35,257 nucleotides of DNA. Origin: Sanchytrium tribonematis (lineage: Eukaryota). Positions 10,621 through 20,956 of the stretch are shown here, piece by piece. A program made the position numbers and the translations under genes. Every line of letters begins with the position of its first letter. The stretch's first letter is position 1. The notes beneath the pieces were generated by a model. That model had not been told where the DNA came from and made no database searches. It worked only from the letters and a program-made list of their open reading frames with translations. The stretch spans positions 1 through 35,257 of the forward strand of contig JADGIG010000037.1 of the NCBI GenBank assembly GCA_018985235.1, read 5' to 3'.

Positions 10621-12409
10621 TTATTTTAGACTAATAACTGCAAATTCGTAGAAAGCGCCCATTGTAATTTCATTGACAGGCACTACAAAAGCTGAGGTTG
10701 GCTTTAAATTTCTCCATTCGAGGTTTTTTATAAAAATACTTTGAAGTTGATTAGGCAGCAAATATTGATCAAAATTTCCGTTACCTAAAACTATTGTAGC
10801 TTTGTCACTAGAAAATACAACATTCCCCAGAGAATCAGTAGATTTTGAGTACTGTTGTGGAGTTTCAGATGCGATACATAACCACTCTACTTCGCCATCT
10901 TTTGGAAGTCTGTCTACTTCTACCGTAAATGCAGGAATGTTTGGGAAATTGCCAGAAAATTTAGCGATGATTTGGGAACTGCAATCACTTTTTCTCACAA
11001 AGCAAACGCCAGTAAGAGGCTGGACTTTCATTTCCTCAGAAATGGACTTGACATGCTTGGCAGAATATAAGTTTTGCTTTAAAGTTGCATCTTTTGCGTC
11101 ATTCGCATTTGGATATGCTAGTTTAATTGGTACAAAACCTACTTGGCCCGCAATAAACGAATAACCTCCAGGTATTAGACATTTGTGGCATTGTGAGTAT
11201 GGTCCAATGTTAGCAGGATATGCATGGCTAATCGAAGCCACATGCATGATCTTTCTGTCGTATTTCTTAGCAATAGTCAAATCGATCTTCGCAAGTATGT
11301 TTTTCGGCAAACTGGCTTGCACACAAGCTCTGGCGGGGGGCTTGATTGTAAACAACTTGCCATATAGAGCGTTAAATTTACCAAACAAACTCATATCTTG
11401 GATATATACATGAACGATTATTAAATCACTTGCATTTAGCCCTTTTGATTTCAATATTTCCATCAGTCTATCTAAACCCTTTTGGGCATCGGAGTCGAAA
11501 TTCGACTCGTGGAAAATAAAAAAATTACTTAATGTATAATAATTCTGTAGTTCAGAGAACGTAAAATCAAATTTTTCTAGAACTTCACTGTTGCTAGGCG
11601 GTTTTATATCTGGTTTGTATAAATTTTCACCGAAATCAAAATCTCGAGTTTGTTTCAGTACATCTAGTGACTTGTCGTTATTGGAGAATACCTTGGACAC
11701 TGATTTAATTTTTGCTAATGCAGTCTGATTGTCTTTAACAATATCAAATTTAATATCCAATGCTTCTTTAAACAATGGGCAATTCGTTGTAAAGGTTTCA
11801 AATTCACCGCCTAAATGAAAACAAAATACCTTCGCCTAAAGGATGAAGTTGATATGAGGCAGACAATTTTTCAAGTTCACTTTGGATCTCAGTGACATTG
11901 AGCCCCAAATGTTTTTCTGTTAAACCTAAGGAAGCCACCTTAATGATTTTGGAATCCACAATAGAAAGTTCCTTGAATAAACGCAATGGTTCAGATTTCC
12001 ATAGCGGGGCAAAAGATGTGAGCCCCAATTTTTGACATATAAATTCAATTCTTAATCTTTGATAGTCAGACTCAATAGCTCCACTTATAACACCATCCAA
12101 ATTGAAATCAGATTTTGCCTTTTTAATTAATTCGAACAACTGTTGAGTTTCATCTTGCTCATCGATGTGGTCGATATATAATTCTTTTTGCACGCTTTTT
12201 CCATTTGTCTTGACGCCTAAGTATGGAACCTGCATGCATTCCGCAATACTTTTTACAAATTGGCTACCAGCAGACTGAATCATGTATGAATCGACTTCTG
12301 AGTCAGTTTCTAAGTGCAAAACGCAGGCTATTGCATGGTTTAAAATTGCTGCATGACAAGTTGCTAGTACACTATCTTTGCCTCCACTTAAAAGCGCGCC
12401 AAGTCTCAT
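10621..12409 (-). CDS. DPH6: Diphthine--ammonia ligase fused to RidA/YjgF-like domains; exons 12409-11830 and 11810-10621 (589 aa)
   Basis: LLSGGKDS, DSYMIQS, SGAIESDYQRLRIE, spliced GEGGEFET, then PPARACV, MHVASISH, PANIGPYSQ, IAGQVG, LPKDGEVEW. Confidence 0.93.
11811..11829 (-). other. 19-nt spliceosomal intron (GTATTTTGTTTTCATTTAG), phase 1
   Basis: Removal restores the Dph6 motif GEGGEFET..NCPLFK and joins two ORFs. Confidence 0.93.
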
Positions 12410-12558
12410 TGTTAACTCCTTGTGAGTTAGATCAAATTACCCATAAATAAACTCTTGCATTACATTTTGGACTACCAAAATTGACAACAACTAAGCTCAA
12501 ATTTAATTTGAAGGTAAACCTATAAATTATTTATAATTTAATAAATCTCCTTCTTTCA

Positions 12559-13149
12559 ATGTCCATAGTAATAGAGCCCGAAGCCTTGGAATACGCTGAA
12601 AATAAATTGCGAGAAATTATATACAATATAGAGCATCCAAATTTTAAAGCAGTTCATATTGATGAGCTTGTATTTAGTAAAGTGGAATGCCAACTTTTGG
12701 GAATCAATGACCCCAAAGAAGTGTGGTATGGACCTCAACAGCAAAGAAATCGATATGATACCTTTATTAGTTCAAAAACCTGTGGTAGCATTAAATTTAC
12801 CGGTGGATTTACTTTAAATTTAGATTACCCAGAAACTGTGCCATTTATTGGACTTCCGATTAACTTGGAAATCGATTTGTCGTTTAATTTTATTGCCTAC
12901 GTTGTTTACATTGAAAAGTCTATTAAAATAAGCATACGTGGAATATCAAATCTCGAAACTGGCACTGAAAACCTCATTAAATCTTGCACCGTACGGTCTA
13001 CAATTGGAGATGTAAACAAATTGAGAAACTTGAAATCGATTGAAATTTTTATTCAAAAATTAATTGAACAGGGTATCAATGAAGAAATGGGGTATCCAAA
13101 TTATATGGAAGTACGCCTATTTTACGATAAACTTGATCTCTTCACATAA
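12559..13149 (+). CDS. MDM12: ERMES SMP-domain subunit Mdm12-like
   Basis: MSIxI start, INDP, LNLDYP..FIGLPINLEI, LIKSCTVRSTIGD..LRNLKSIEIFI..INEEMGYPNY follow the Mdm12 pattern. Confidence 0.72.
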   Translation: MSIVIEPEALEYAENKLREIIYNIEHPNFKAVHIDELVFSKVECQLLGINDPKEVWYGPQQQRNRYDTFISSKTCGSIKFTGGFTLNLDYPETVPFIGLPINLEIDLSFNFIAYVVYIEKSIKISIRGISNLETGTENLIKSCTVRSTIGDVNKLRNLKSIEIFIQKLIEQGINEEMGYPNYMEVRLFYDKLDLFT

Positions 13150-15655
13150 CTGGTCTTTTGAAAATATAAACAAATAATAGAAATCAAAAACTTGTGTAAT
13201 TTCTACTTCTATTATAATTTGCTCATTAGTACCTAAATTAAATTTTTGGTTTTTAACGACCTGAAAGCCTTGGCTTGGGCTAAATACTTCGAAGTCTGTT
13301 AAACTTAAATTGTTGGTATATAAGATTCTCTAGATAAATATTAAGTACCTTTCTATAAAGTTTTCTTTTAATTTCAAATGTCTTGCAAGACTTCCCCACT
13401 TCCATAACAAATTTGATTCTTAAAAATCTCAACGGCTGCGAAACAATTGTTTGTTCAAAGCAATGATTTTTGAAAATTATTTTCGAAAGATCAATTTTTG
13501 TTCCGAATATTTCCTTTTCTTTGTGAAAAATCAGTTCAGAAGGACTTATTTTGACTTGCTTTGACTCCAATAATTTAATTATAAAAATATTTGTGACAGT
13601 ACCTAATATAGGTGTAATTACTATAGGCTGAGTAAACATACTTCGGTGAATTTTCAGCTTGCTGATAACTGCAACATTAGTTTTATAAAACACATTATCA
13701 TCAAATTGTCCTTCGATTTCCAAAATGTCATCCTCAGACATGCTTTTACAAGTCACTTTAACCTTGTTTAATTTCGGGAAAAGGTTGTACGTTAAATTTT
13801 TAACATCGGTTGAAATATGAAAAGGTTTCACAGAAATAAAAGTGCTCGAAGAGCCAGACGATTGAAGCTTATGAATTGGCACGCAATAAATAGGAGACTC
13901 GTTGCATTTTGTAGTGAGCTCTCCATTTTGCCAAATATTAGGCAAGTTTGATGATGCCTGTTCTCCCGGAATTAAAATGTTTTCCATATATTGAATAGGG
14001 CCGTAAAATTCAATACAGTGTTGCTTTCTTTGCGCCTCGATGATATCATTAACGGTTACCTCTGGTATATCAATAATCTGATTTAAATTAATTAAATCCG
14101 AGGTCTTTGAATCCAACCGCAACAGCTTTGAACTTTTTATCTCAGGCACTAATTCACATTTGGTTCCAATTTTTATAATAGTGTGATCAGCGACAATCAT
14201 AATAGGCTTTTCTACTGCAATATTATAAAATTTAGTACCAACTATATCGTAATTATTCGATAATTCTGTGAAAGAAAAGAAAAAGTTACTAGACAAAAAT
14301 GGAAATCGAAATACCAACACACCAGAACCAATTTTAAATTCGTTATTAACTATTACAAGACCAAAATGAGGACAGTCAACAATCACTTCTGCGGAATGCG
14401 GTAGGTCTGGATTTTTAGCAATTTTTTGAAAATCTCCATTCGCGAAATCCAAAGTGTCATAATTCGTGTTACTAATATCTATTACGCTAGTGAGATTATC
14501 AATCGAACCAGATTCATCTTTGCGGAGATCATAATGGTATGATGGTAATATTTCTTCCTTTCGTCTAGGCGAACCACGAGCGGGAGCAACTGCTTTCATT
14601 TCTACTTGGTGATTTTCAGTAACATTTGGTTCATCCGGGGTCTTGATAAATTGGTCACTAGTCAAAATATTACTAGGCGAGTTTAAATTTTCCTCCAAAG
14701 AAAGACGCTTAATTTGGGGTATAGTTGCTATCTCAATGGAACTATTTGTCACACTGTTTTCCACAAAACTAATGTTCTTGTCTAGAATGAGTGCCTCTTT
14801 TACAGGCTCTAAGGAAGGCTTTTTCTTGATCGTTCTTCTTCTCACAACAGGACTATTTCCAGAAACATCATCTTCAGACAAGACGTATTTAACTTCTATA
14901 TCTACATTATCAAATATTGGATGGGCTTCAAATGCAAAGGGAGTTTTGATTTGAATAAGATGCGACAATTTTTGGTCTTGCGTCAAAGCACACCATCCTA
15001 GTAACATTCTAAATTCTTTTTTATCCAAATCTGACAGATTTTCATATGTGCTCTCAAGAACTAGGAATAGATGACTATTTTCGGGAATAGAGAAAACGGA
15101 TTGCAAATTTATCATAACATAATGTTGTTCATACAAATAGTCTTGGTAGACAACTATAATGTAATATAAATCTCTGACATGTCTCGGATCTTTATGGAAC
15201 TTTTTAACTATATCTAGGGCATGGGTTTTATTGTATGAAACTGATTCTAATTTTAATTTTATTTTCTGTAATTCTGGAAGTTTACTAAAAATAAATGATA
15301 TTGGAAGAATGGTTGACATTTCAGAAACTTTGAATTCTAGCTCATGTTGCGTCGCTTCTAATTCAAATAGTGGTTCGAATAATAAAACTCGGCAAGTCCC
15401 TGGATAATAATTAAGTAACGATTGTTGAATATTAAGTACGTAAAAACCGAAAGAACACATATCCAAGGAAGTGAATTCTATGACAATAACTGGATGATTC
15501 GTGACAAATTTTAATTCCAAAGGCAATTGCAAATCCTTTACAAGCGTGTGACCTATAAATCGTCTTGATGTGAGATTATACATACTACAGTATGCTTTCA
15601 AAAATTGTCCCGCGACATTAGAACCCAGATTTCCAGTAATTGATATTGAATACAT
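13117..15655 (-). CDS. NPHP4: Divergent nephrocystin-4 (ciliary transition-zone protein); exons 15655-13349 and 13329-13117 (839 aa)
   Basis: N-terminal MYNLTSRRFIGHT, HPVIVIEF...SFGFYVL and YYPGTCRVLL resemble NPHP4 FFDxxxRHFFGRT, CGFGIL and YHGTPRALL. The spliced C-terminus KTFEI..KRILYTN...LFIFSKDQLCEEIKFIVK resembles NPHP4 KAFEI..KRITYTN...IYINDxEDKNEE. Confidence 0.75.
13330..13348 (-). other. 19-nt spliceosomal intron (GTACTTAATATTTATCTAG), phase 0
   Basis: Matches the consensus of the other introns; removal opens a 70-codon terminal exon with NPHP4 C-terminal motifs. Confidence 0.85.
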
Positions 15656-15699
15656 ACAAGCAATTAAGTTTCAAGAATTCTCCTATATTTATTGACAAA

Positions 15700-16560
15700 T
15701 TAAAAGCGTCGAGGATTGCCCCAACCAGAATTGGGCTCAGAGTTAAAGCTTCTATATCCCCGCCTGCCTCTTCTTGGTCCAGAATAAGATGGCAAGCCAC
15801 GGGTAGAAAAGGTGGTACGATAACGCGCCCTTCCACGATATCTGTAAGGAGCCGGGTATGATGGAGCGCTGTAAGGTTGATCTTGCTCTGATCGGGTATC
15901 TGATTGCTGTGCAAATGCTTGATTTGTGACTGGACTTTCAATTCTTTTAAAAACCCAGTATAGTATCTCAGAGTCATCTTTGGAGTTTGGGGGCCATAGA
16001 CCAGTTGGCGGAAATTCCACAACTTTCCACTGTTCTTCTTCCGATGGTTGAGGAGCCAAAAAAGCATCAGCGTGATCCAATGGGACTCCAGTTTCAATTT
16101 CTTTAGTAAATTCCAAAAGTACATTTCCGTCTGCTTGTCCCACTTTTCTAAGATTTCGAAATAAAGAAGTTATTCCCCATTCCAAGACGAGGCCAGAATC
16201 TTTTGTATTATACAAGTCTACATGTTCCTGCATGAAATCGTACTGAAGAACTGGTAATTTAACTTGTCCAGAAACAATAATGGCAGAATTCAGATCCTTA
16301 TCAACTGTAGCTCTCAAATGATCCAATTCTAACCAACTTTTGAGAAATAACAGGACTATATATGTCCTTTCCTCATACTCCTGAACTTCATATGGTAAAT
16401 AGGCATCTCTAATTGTGCTTCCTGAATTATCAATAGGAAGCCTAAATGTAAATGGTCTTACAACACAAGGTGGAAAATGGTTCAAGTTAAATTGAGGAGA
16501 AAATCGAAATTTTTGGGGTTGTGTGTCTTGTTCGTCGTCAAATGATTTTCTATCTTCCAT
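15700..16560 (-). CDS. Hypothetical 286-aa protein; possible divergent HSP20/alpha-crystallin-like domain plus an RG/SR-rich tail
   Basis: Long ATG-initiated ORF filling the gap between neighbours; LPYEVQEYEERTYIVLLFL...LRATVD..AIIVSG...FTKEI; tail RYRGRARY...RRGRRGY. Confidence 0.6.
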   Translation of the reverse strand: MEDRKSFDDEQDTQPQKFRFSPQFNLNHFPPCVVRPFTFRLPIDNSGSTIRDAYLPYEVQEYEERTYIVLLFLKSWLELDHLRATVDKDLNSAIIVSGQVKLPVLQYDFMQEHVDLYNTKDSGLVLEWGITSLFRNLRKVGQADGNVLLEFTKEIETGVPLDHADAFLAPQPSEEEQWKVVEFPPTGLWPPNSKDDSEILYWVFKRIESPVTNQAFAQQSDTRSEQDQPYSAPSYPAPYRYRGRARYRTTFSTRGLPSYSGPRRGRRGYRSFNSEPNSGWGNPRRF

Positions 16561-16722
16561 TTTTACAAATTGCTGTCACAAGGAGAACAAACCACGATTT
16601 TACTTCATATTGTGCATCAATAATTCTTCATCTTAGTTATTCTTTTACCTTTCATGTACACAACAAAGGCGAATTAATGAGGAATGGGGTTGGAATTGAA
16701 ACATCATTCATTTTAATTAACC

Positions 16723-18447
16723 ATGCAAATATTAGGAAAAGGAGCCACCAGCAATGTGTATTTGTTGAAAAGAAATGATAGCAAGTTCGCGTTAAAAACA
16801 AATCCGAGTGTTAGAGAAGTAGAATTTTTAAAACGTACTCAACATTCAAACATTATCAAATTATTAAATAATCACCCACAGGGCATTATTTTGGAGATAT
16901 GTGCGGGAGATTTACAACATGTGTTTGATTCTCATATAAATATTGACCATTTGATTGATTTATGGATGTTTCAATTACTAGATGCGCTTTCCTACTTGAG
17001 CTCGAACAATATTGTTCACAGAGATGTAAAATTAGCCAATATACTGCTTAATGAAAATTTTGACGTAAAGCTTAGCGACTTTGGACTAGCAATCGATTCA
17101 AATGAATCGGTAGAACTCTCTGGCACTCCGAATTATTTATCCCCCGAATTGTTAAAAAGACACGCTCCATCACATAAAAGCGATGTTTATGCGGCAGGAG
17201 TCTGCTGCTTTGCTTTACTTACAGGCCAATTACCATTCGAAGGAGGAACAGCTAAGCAAACCTTGACTAATATTGTAAAGCAGAAATGGAATCCTAGCTT
17301 AGTTCCTTTACCATTTAAAAAATTAGTGATGGACATGATGAATGTAGAAGTCAAGGCAAGAGTCGATGCTCAGGAGTGTATCAGCAATGGGCATTTTTGG
17401 CGACTACATACACCTTTGGAAACAATGTTTATTTCACCTTTTACAAAGCAACTTTTCGATAATCATATTGCTGTCTTAAAAACAGGAGATATAATACTTC
17501 GAAATCCGGGTTGTGTCGTTCATGTAAATGGGAGTGTCACTATGTTGCATGAAAATTTAACACTTCCATTTTTTGATTCTTCTCAAAGTGAAAAGCTTTT
17601 TTCATTTACAGCCCCTGCTCTTTTAGAAATATTTTCAGAAGGCAAAACATTATCATCACAATGTCTTACCTTGGAAGCCAAACAGTCAAAACGCATCGCT
17701 GTTGATGCTGCTTCAAAATTGTATAAAAGGTATCATTCTGTCACATTTGAAGGAACAACTTTTAAAGAATTGATACCCGATATTGATATTTTTAAAAATT
17801 TTAAAAGAGACACTTCTTGGAGAGCCATATTGTGGAAAAACGATGATTTTCATTTTCGCCTTTATGATATAATAGTTCGTTTTGTGCGTTCTAGTGAAAT
17901 TATTGAGGTTTATGAACCGCTGATCGAAGACGATTCCATATTAAATGTCATGCGTGATGCATCCAATTTTACTTCCAAACCTTTCATTTTTAATAGGAGT
18001 ACTCAGTTTAGTGTGCGAGGAATTCCGTTGGAATATAAATTATTAATTAACATCGCCCAAGCGGCTTTAAAAAAATGTTTGCAAGTCAAAGTTCCTGCAA
18101 GTCCCGTATATCAGAGTATCAGGAAAATAAGTTCTGGAACAGAAATCCTGGAGTTGCCAATCTATCATCCTTCATCTGAATTTGTTGATGGAATTGGATG
18201 GCTTATACAAATTCCTGGAGATCGTGGACAAATCACGGTTGAACTTTTGTCATTAAAAGGTGAAAGAGTAAGAATTATAGATGATTTTGTTTTGACTTGG
18301 AATTTAAGTTGCCAAGAAAACTCAGACTTACCTGCTAATCTAGAGAGCCTTTCGGCTCTTAATCCACAAAGAGAATGTTACAAGGCTTACAAAAAGAACG
18401 AGATACCCGATTATGTAAAATGGTTTATTCAAAAATTTAGAAAATAA
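16723..18447 (+). CDS. PLK4: Polo-like kinase 4 (SAK), centriole duplication kinase
   Basis: Kinase motifs HRDVKLANILL, DFGLA, GTPNYLSPE; cryptic polo box (PLET..ISPFTK..IAVLKTGDI, AILWKN.DFHFRLYD); PB3 (FVDGIGW...IPDYVK). Confidence 0.82.
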   Translation: MQILGKGATSNVYLLKRNDSKFALKTNPSVREVEFLKRTQHSNIIKLLNNHPQGIILEICAGDLQHVFDSHINIDHLIDLWMFQLLDALSYLSSNNIVHRDVKLANILLNENFDVKLSDFGLAIDSNESVELSGTPNYLSPELLKRHAPSHKSDVYAAGVCCFALLTGQLPFEGGTAKQTLTNIVKQKWNPSLVPLPFKKLVMDMMNVEVKARVDAQECISNGHFWRLHTPLETMFISPFTKQLFDNHIAVLKTGDIILRNPGCVVHVNGSVTMLHENLTLPFFDSSQSEKLFSFTAPALLEIFSEGKTLSSQCLTLEAKQSKRIAVDAASKLYKRYHSVTFEGTTFKELIPDIDIFKNFKRDTSWRAILWKNDDFHFRLYDIIVRFVRSSEIIEVYEPLIEDDSILNVMRDASNFTSKPFIFNRSTQFSVRGIPLEYKLLINIAQAALKKCLQVKVPASPVYQSIRKISSGTEILELPIYHPSSEFVDGIGWLIQIPGDRGQITVELLSLKGERVRIIDDFVLTWNLSCQENSDLPANLESLSALNPQRECYKAYKKNEIPDYVKWFIQKFRK

Positions 18448-18453
18448 AAAATT

Positions 18454-18777
18454 TCATGAGGAACCTTCGTTAATTTCCAGATCTGCTATCAAGTCCCACT
18501 GGGCATTAAAAGTGTGCAATTTTTCAAACTCAATGAGCTTTTTCTGCTGTGAAATTTGTGTAAGAATGGAATCATGTTGTTCCATGTCCTTAATAATTTG
18601 TTGAATTTTTTTCTTAGCTGTAATTTTCTGTTCAGCTTCTTCTATTTTACTTTTCAGCTCTTCAATCTCGGTATCTAAATTATCAGCCTGTTCCTTAATA
18701 TGTTGAACATATTCTTTTCTTTTATCCTGAATAGCTACAAGAAGTTCTGTTTGAACTTTGATAGTTTGAAAATCCAT
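18454..18777 (-). CDS. Small coiled-coil protein (107 aa), possibly IFT20-like
   Basis: ATG-initiated ORF filling the gap, heptad pattern; weak resemblance to IFT20. Confidence 0.5.
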   Translation of the reverse strand: MDFQTIKVQTELLVAIQDKRKEYVQHIKEQADNLDTEIEELKSKIEEAEQKITAKKKIQQIIKDMEQHDSILTQISQQKKLIEFEKLHTFNAQWDLIADLEINEGSS

Positions 18778-18807
18778 CAAATTGTCAAGGAGCTTAATTG
18801 TAACAAG

Positions 18808-19290
18808 ATGGATCCACCTCCATATGAAAAATCTGATGCTTCCACTACACCCGTAGATACCAAGAAACCCCTACTAGAGACAGAAGGAAGTCACGAGCGC
18901 TCCAATAATCAACCGGCCCAAATTGAGGGACCGAGACAGTTTGGATTTGGGCTTTGGGACTGCTTTGAGGATATTTTTACTTTTTGTTGTGCTGCCGCTT
19001 GTCCAGCTATCGTATATGGCCAAAACCGACAAAGACAATTGAACAACGAAGAATGCTGCCTATATACTGGATTGTTCTGCATTGTAGAGTCTGCTTCTAA
19101 ATGTGGATGTATTCTTCATGCAATGGACAGACAAGCACTTCGTGACAGACAACATATTGAAGGGAGTCTACTGGATGATCTCTGTGTGTCTGCTGTTTGT
19201 TTGCCCTGCAGCTTGACACAACAAAAGTTGGAGTTAGATGTTATTGATGGGACCAGAGTTCCAAATTATGCCACTCGAAATCTTGAGTAA
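18808..19290 (+). CDS. PLAC8-family cysteine-rich protein
   Basis: GLWDCFED...CCAAACP.IVYGQN...RQALRDRQHIEGSLLDDLC...CLPCSLTQ; N-terminal PPPY. First ATG is 18808. Confidence 0.88.
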   Translation: MDPPPYEKSDASTTPVDTKKPLLETEGSHERSNNQPAQIEGPRQFGFGLWDCFEDIFTFCCAAACPAIVYGQNRQRQLNNEECCLYTGLFCIVESASKCGCILHAMDRQALRDRQHIEGSLLDDLCVSAVCLPCSLTQQKLELDVIDGTRVPNYATRNLE

Positions 19291-19297
19291 AATTTAT

Positions 19298-19982
19298 TTA
19301 ATATCCTTTGACATAGTTTGCCACAGACCAATCTGATGTCAAAGTTAATTCTTCGATTGTAATTCTGTGGTCTTTAATGACTGCGATTTGAACAATATTG
19401 CTTGAACGAGCATCTCTATAGTATAAAACTTTCATAATCTCTTCAACGGCTGCACGGGTATTCCCTTCAACAGTTCTCAATAAAGGTATAGCTAAATGCA
19501 TTCCAAATCCAGTAGCCTGGTGTGGAGAAGTGTTGGTTGTGCCATAAATGTCCACATATCCAATAAATCTAAATCAATAAAAACTACAACGCATTTTTGT
19601 CATCATATCCTCCGACCAGTATAGTATTCCAAAGAGGGTCCACCTTACTTCGCCTTCCATACAGGATTGATCGTAATAATTGATGAATTTGATTGGCATA
19701 TAAAGAATCTTGTGCTAATTCATCTTCATCAATTATGTCGTGTAATTTTTCTAGTAAGTAATTCATATCTGCAGCATCTCCACTGATTCCTAATAAAACA
19801 TGATCATTGAGCTTGTGCAAGCGTGTACCTTTGAATCGGGCCAAGCTCCCATAACTGAATAACATGTCGGCTGCAATAACTACGCTCTCATTTGTTTTAA
19901 TTCCAATAACGGAAGTTCCCGTAACAATAGGTTGGGAGGCATGTGTAGTAATGTCTGACTTCTTTTGTTCAAAGTATTGCAT
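19298..19982 (-). CDS. PRE4: 20S proteasome beta-7 subunit; exons 19982-19588 and 19568-19298 (221 aa)
   Basis: PIVTGTSVIGIK, IAADML.SYGSLARF, RRSKVDPLWN, spliced FIGYVDIYGT, ATGFGMHLAIPLLR, KVLYYRDARS. Confidence 0.93.
19569..19587 (-). other. 19-nt spliceosomal intron (GTAGTTTTTATTGATTTAG), phase 2
   Basis: Joins the two proteasome ORFs. An alternative GT 3 nt upstream (22 nt, GTTGTA) also keeps frame but lacks the GTA consensus. Confidence 0.85.
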
Positions 19983-20019
19983 ATTCAAGGGTTGTGTCAA
20001 AAAACAAATTCAAAAAACT

Positions 20020-20547
20020 ATGCAGCGAGTTTATTTTTACACATTAGATCTTCACGGCAGGCTATATCTTAGAAATGCTTACCCAAAAAACATTGCCACC
20101 AACTTTAAAGACTTGAATTTTTTGAAATTTTTCTATAGAAATCTCGAATTCAATGCTACTGGAAAGCATTCTGAGAGCCCAATGGTATCAATCTGTGGTA
20201 CAGAACTTAATTATTTAGATAGCGTTGAAAAAAACGAGCTCCCAATTGTTTTTGACAAGATTGAGAAAGAAACAATTTTTGCGCAACATAAGCAATTTCA
20301 GATCCTTCCTGAAAATTTTCTTTACTCTATGAGCACAAATCGATTATATCTCAAGCACAACTACTCATTGAACGAGGATCTAAAGAAAACCACTTTAAGT
20401 TCAATTAGATATCCAGAATTTGGCGTTGTCGATGACAGTTTAATTCAGCACTATTTCATAAATAGCAGCCTTGGAAATGACATCAGAGTAGAAAAGGGCA
20501 TATTGACACTGAGTCATCAAAACTATCATCTACAAATGGCAAATTAA
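20020..20547 (+). CDS. UPF0598 / C8orf82 (DUF4505) family protein
   Basis: RVYFYTLDLHGRLYL...KNIATNFKDLNFLKFFY..L..N.TG...SICGTELNYL....PIVF. The upstream part of the listed ORF overlaps PRE4, so the start is placed at ATG 20020. Confidence 0.8.
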   Translation: MQRVYFYTLDLHGRLYLRNAYPKNIATNFKDLNFLKFFYRNLEFNATGKHSESPMVSICGTELNYLDSVEKNELPIVFDKIEKETIFAQHKQFQILPENFLYSMSTNRLYLKHNYSLNEDLKKTTLSSIRYPEFGVVDDSLIQHYFINSSLGNDIRVEKGILTLSHQNYHLQMAN

Positions 20548-20602
20548 TGATGTCATCGGATAATTTTAAGTAGTATTTGACGACACCTCGCGGCAAATTA
20601 AA

Positions 20603-20956
20603 ATGTTCCAATCTTATTTGCAACTTCATTTATGTAAATGGGAAAATTGTGGATATCAATTTGAGGACATTTATTTGCTTCAATCGCATATCGAAAGTGA
20701 TCACATAGGATACAAAAGAAATAATTCGTTCGATGGAGACTGTAAATGGGCAGGATGCTCCAGTCGAAAAAATGCCAGGGCTGATCTAAAAACTCACATT
20801 AAATCTCACTTGGACGTTCGACCGTATAGCTGCCCATTTTGTATGAAATCATTTAAATGGAAACAAGACAAACTAAAGCATAGAGCAAAACATCAGAAAC
20901 TAATTGATGCAATGGAAATCCTATTTGAAAATTTGCCAGACTTCCCAGATTACTGA
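20603..20956 (+). CDS. Minimal three-finger C2H2 protein of PacC/Rim101 type
   Basis: CKWENC..F...L.SHI..DHIG.K.NN...CKWAGC...R..L..HI.SH..VRPYSC.FC.KSFK..QD..KH has the Trp-linked finger architecture of PacC. Confidence 0.75.
   Translation: MFQSYLQLHLCKWENCGYQFEDIYLLQSHIESDHIGYKRNNSFDGDCKWAGCSSRKNARADLKTHIKSHLDVRPYSCPFCMKSFKWKQDKLKHRAKHQKLIDAMEILFENLPDFPDY

Noticed and set aside
12416..12421. AAGGAG a few nt upstream of the DPH6 ATG (and similar cases) looks like a Shine-Dalgarno site
   Set aside because: The genes are eukaryotic with spliceosomal introns, and the word occurs in both orientations relative to ATGs, so a DNA-level promoter element fits better.
12422..12513. Possible GTGAGT...AG intron in the MDM12 5' region
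   Set aside because: There is no TNAYNTAG acceptor and no recognisable hosted RNA.
14800..15655. N-terminus of the 791-aa ORF as TRAPPC9/Trs120
   Set aside because: NPHP4 motifs fit better at both termini once the intron is removed.
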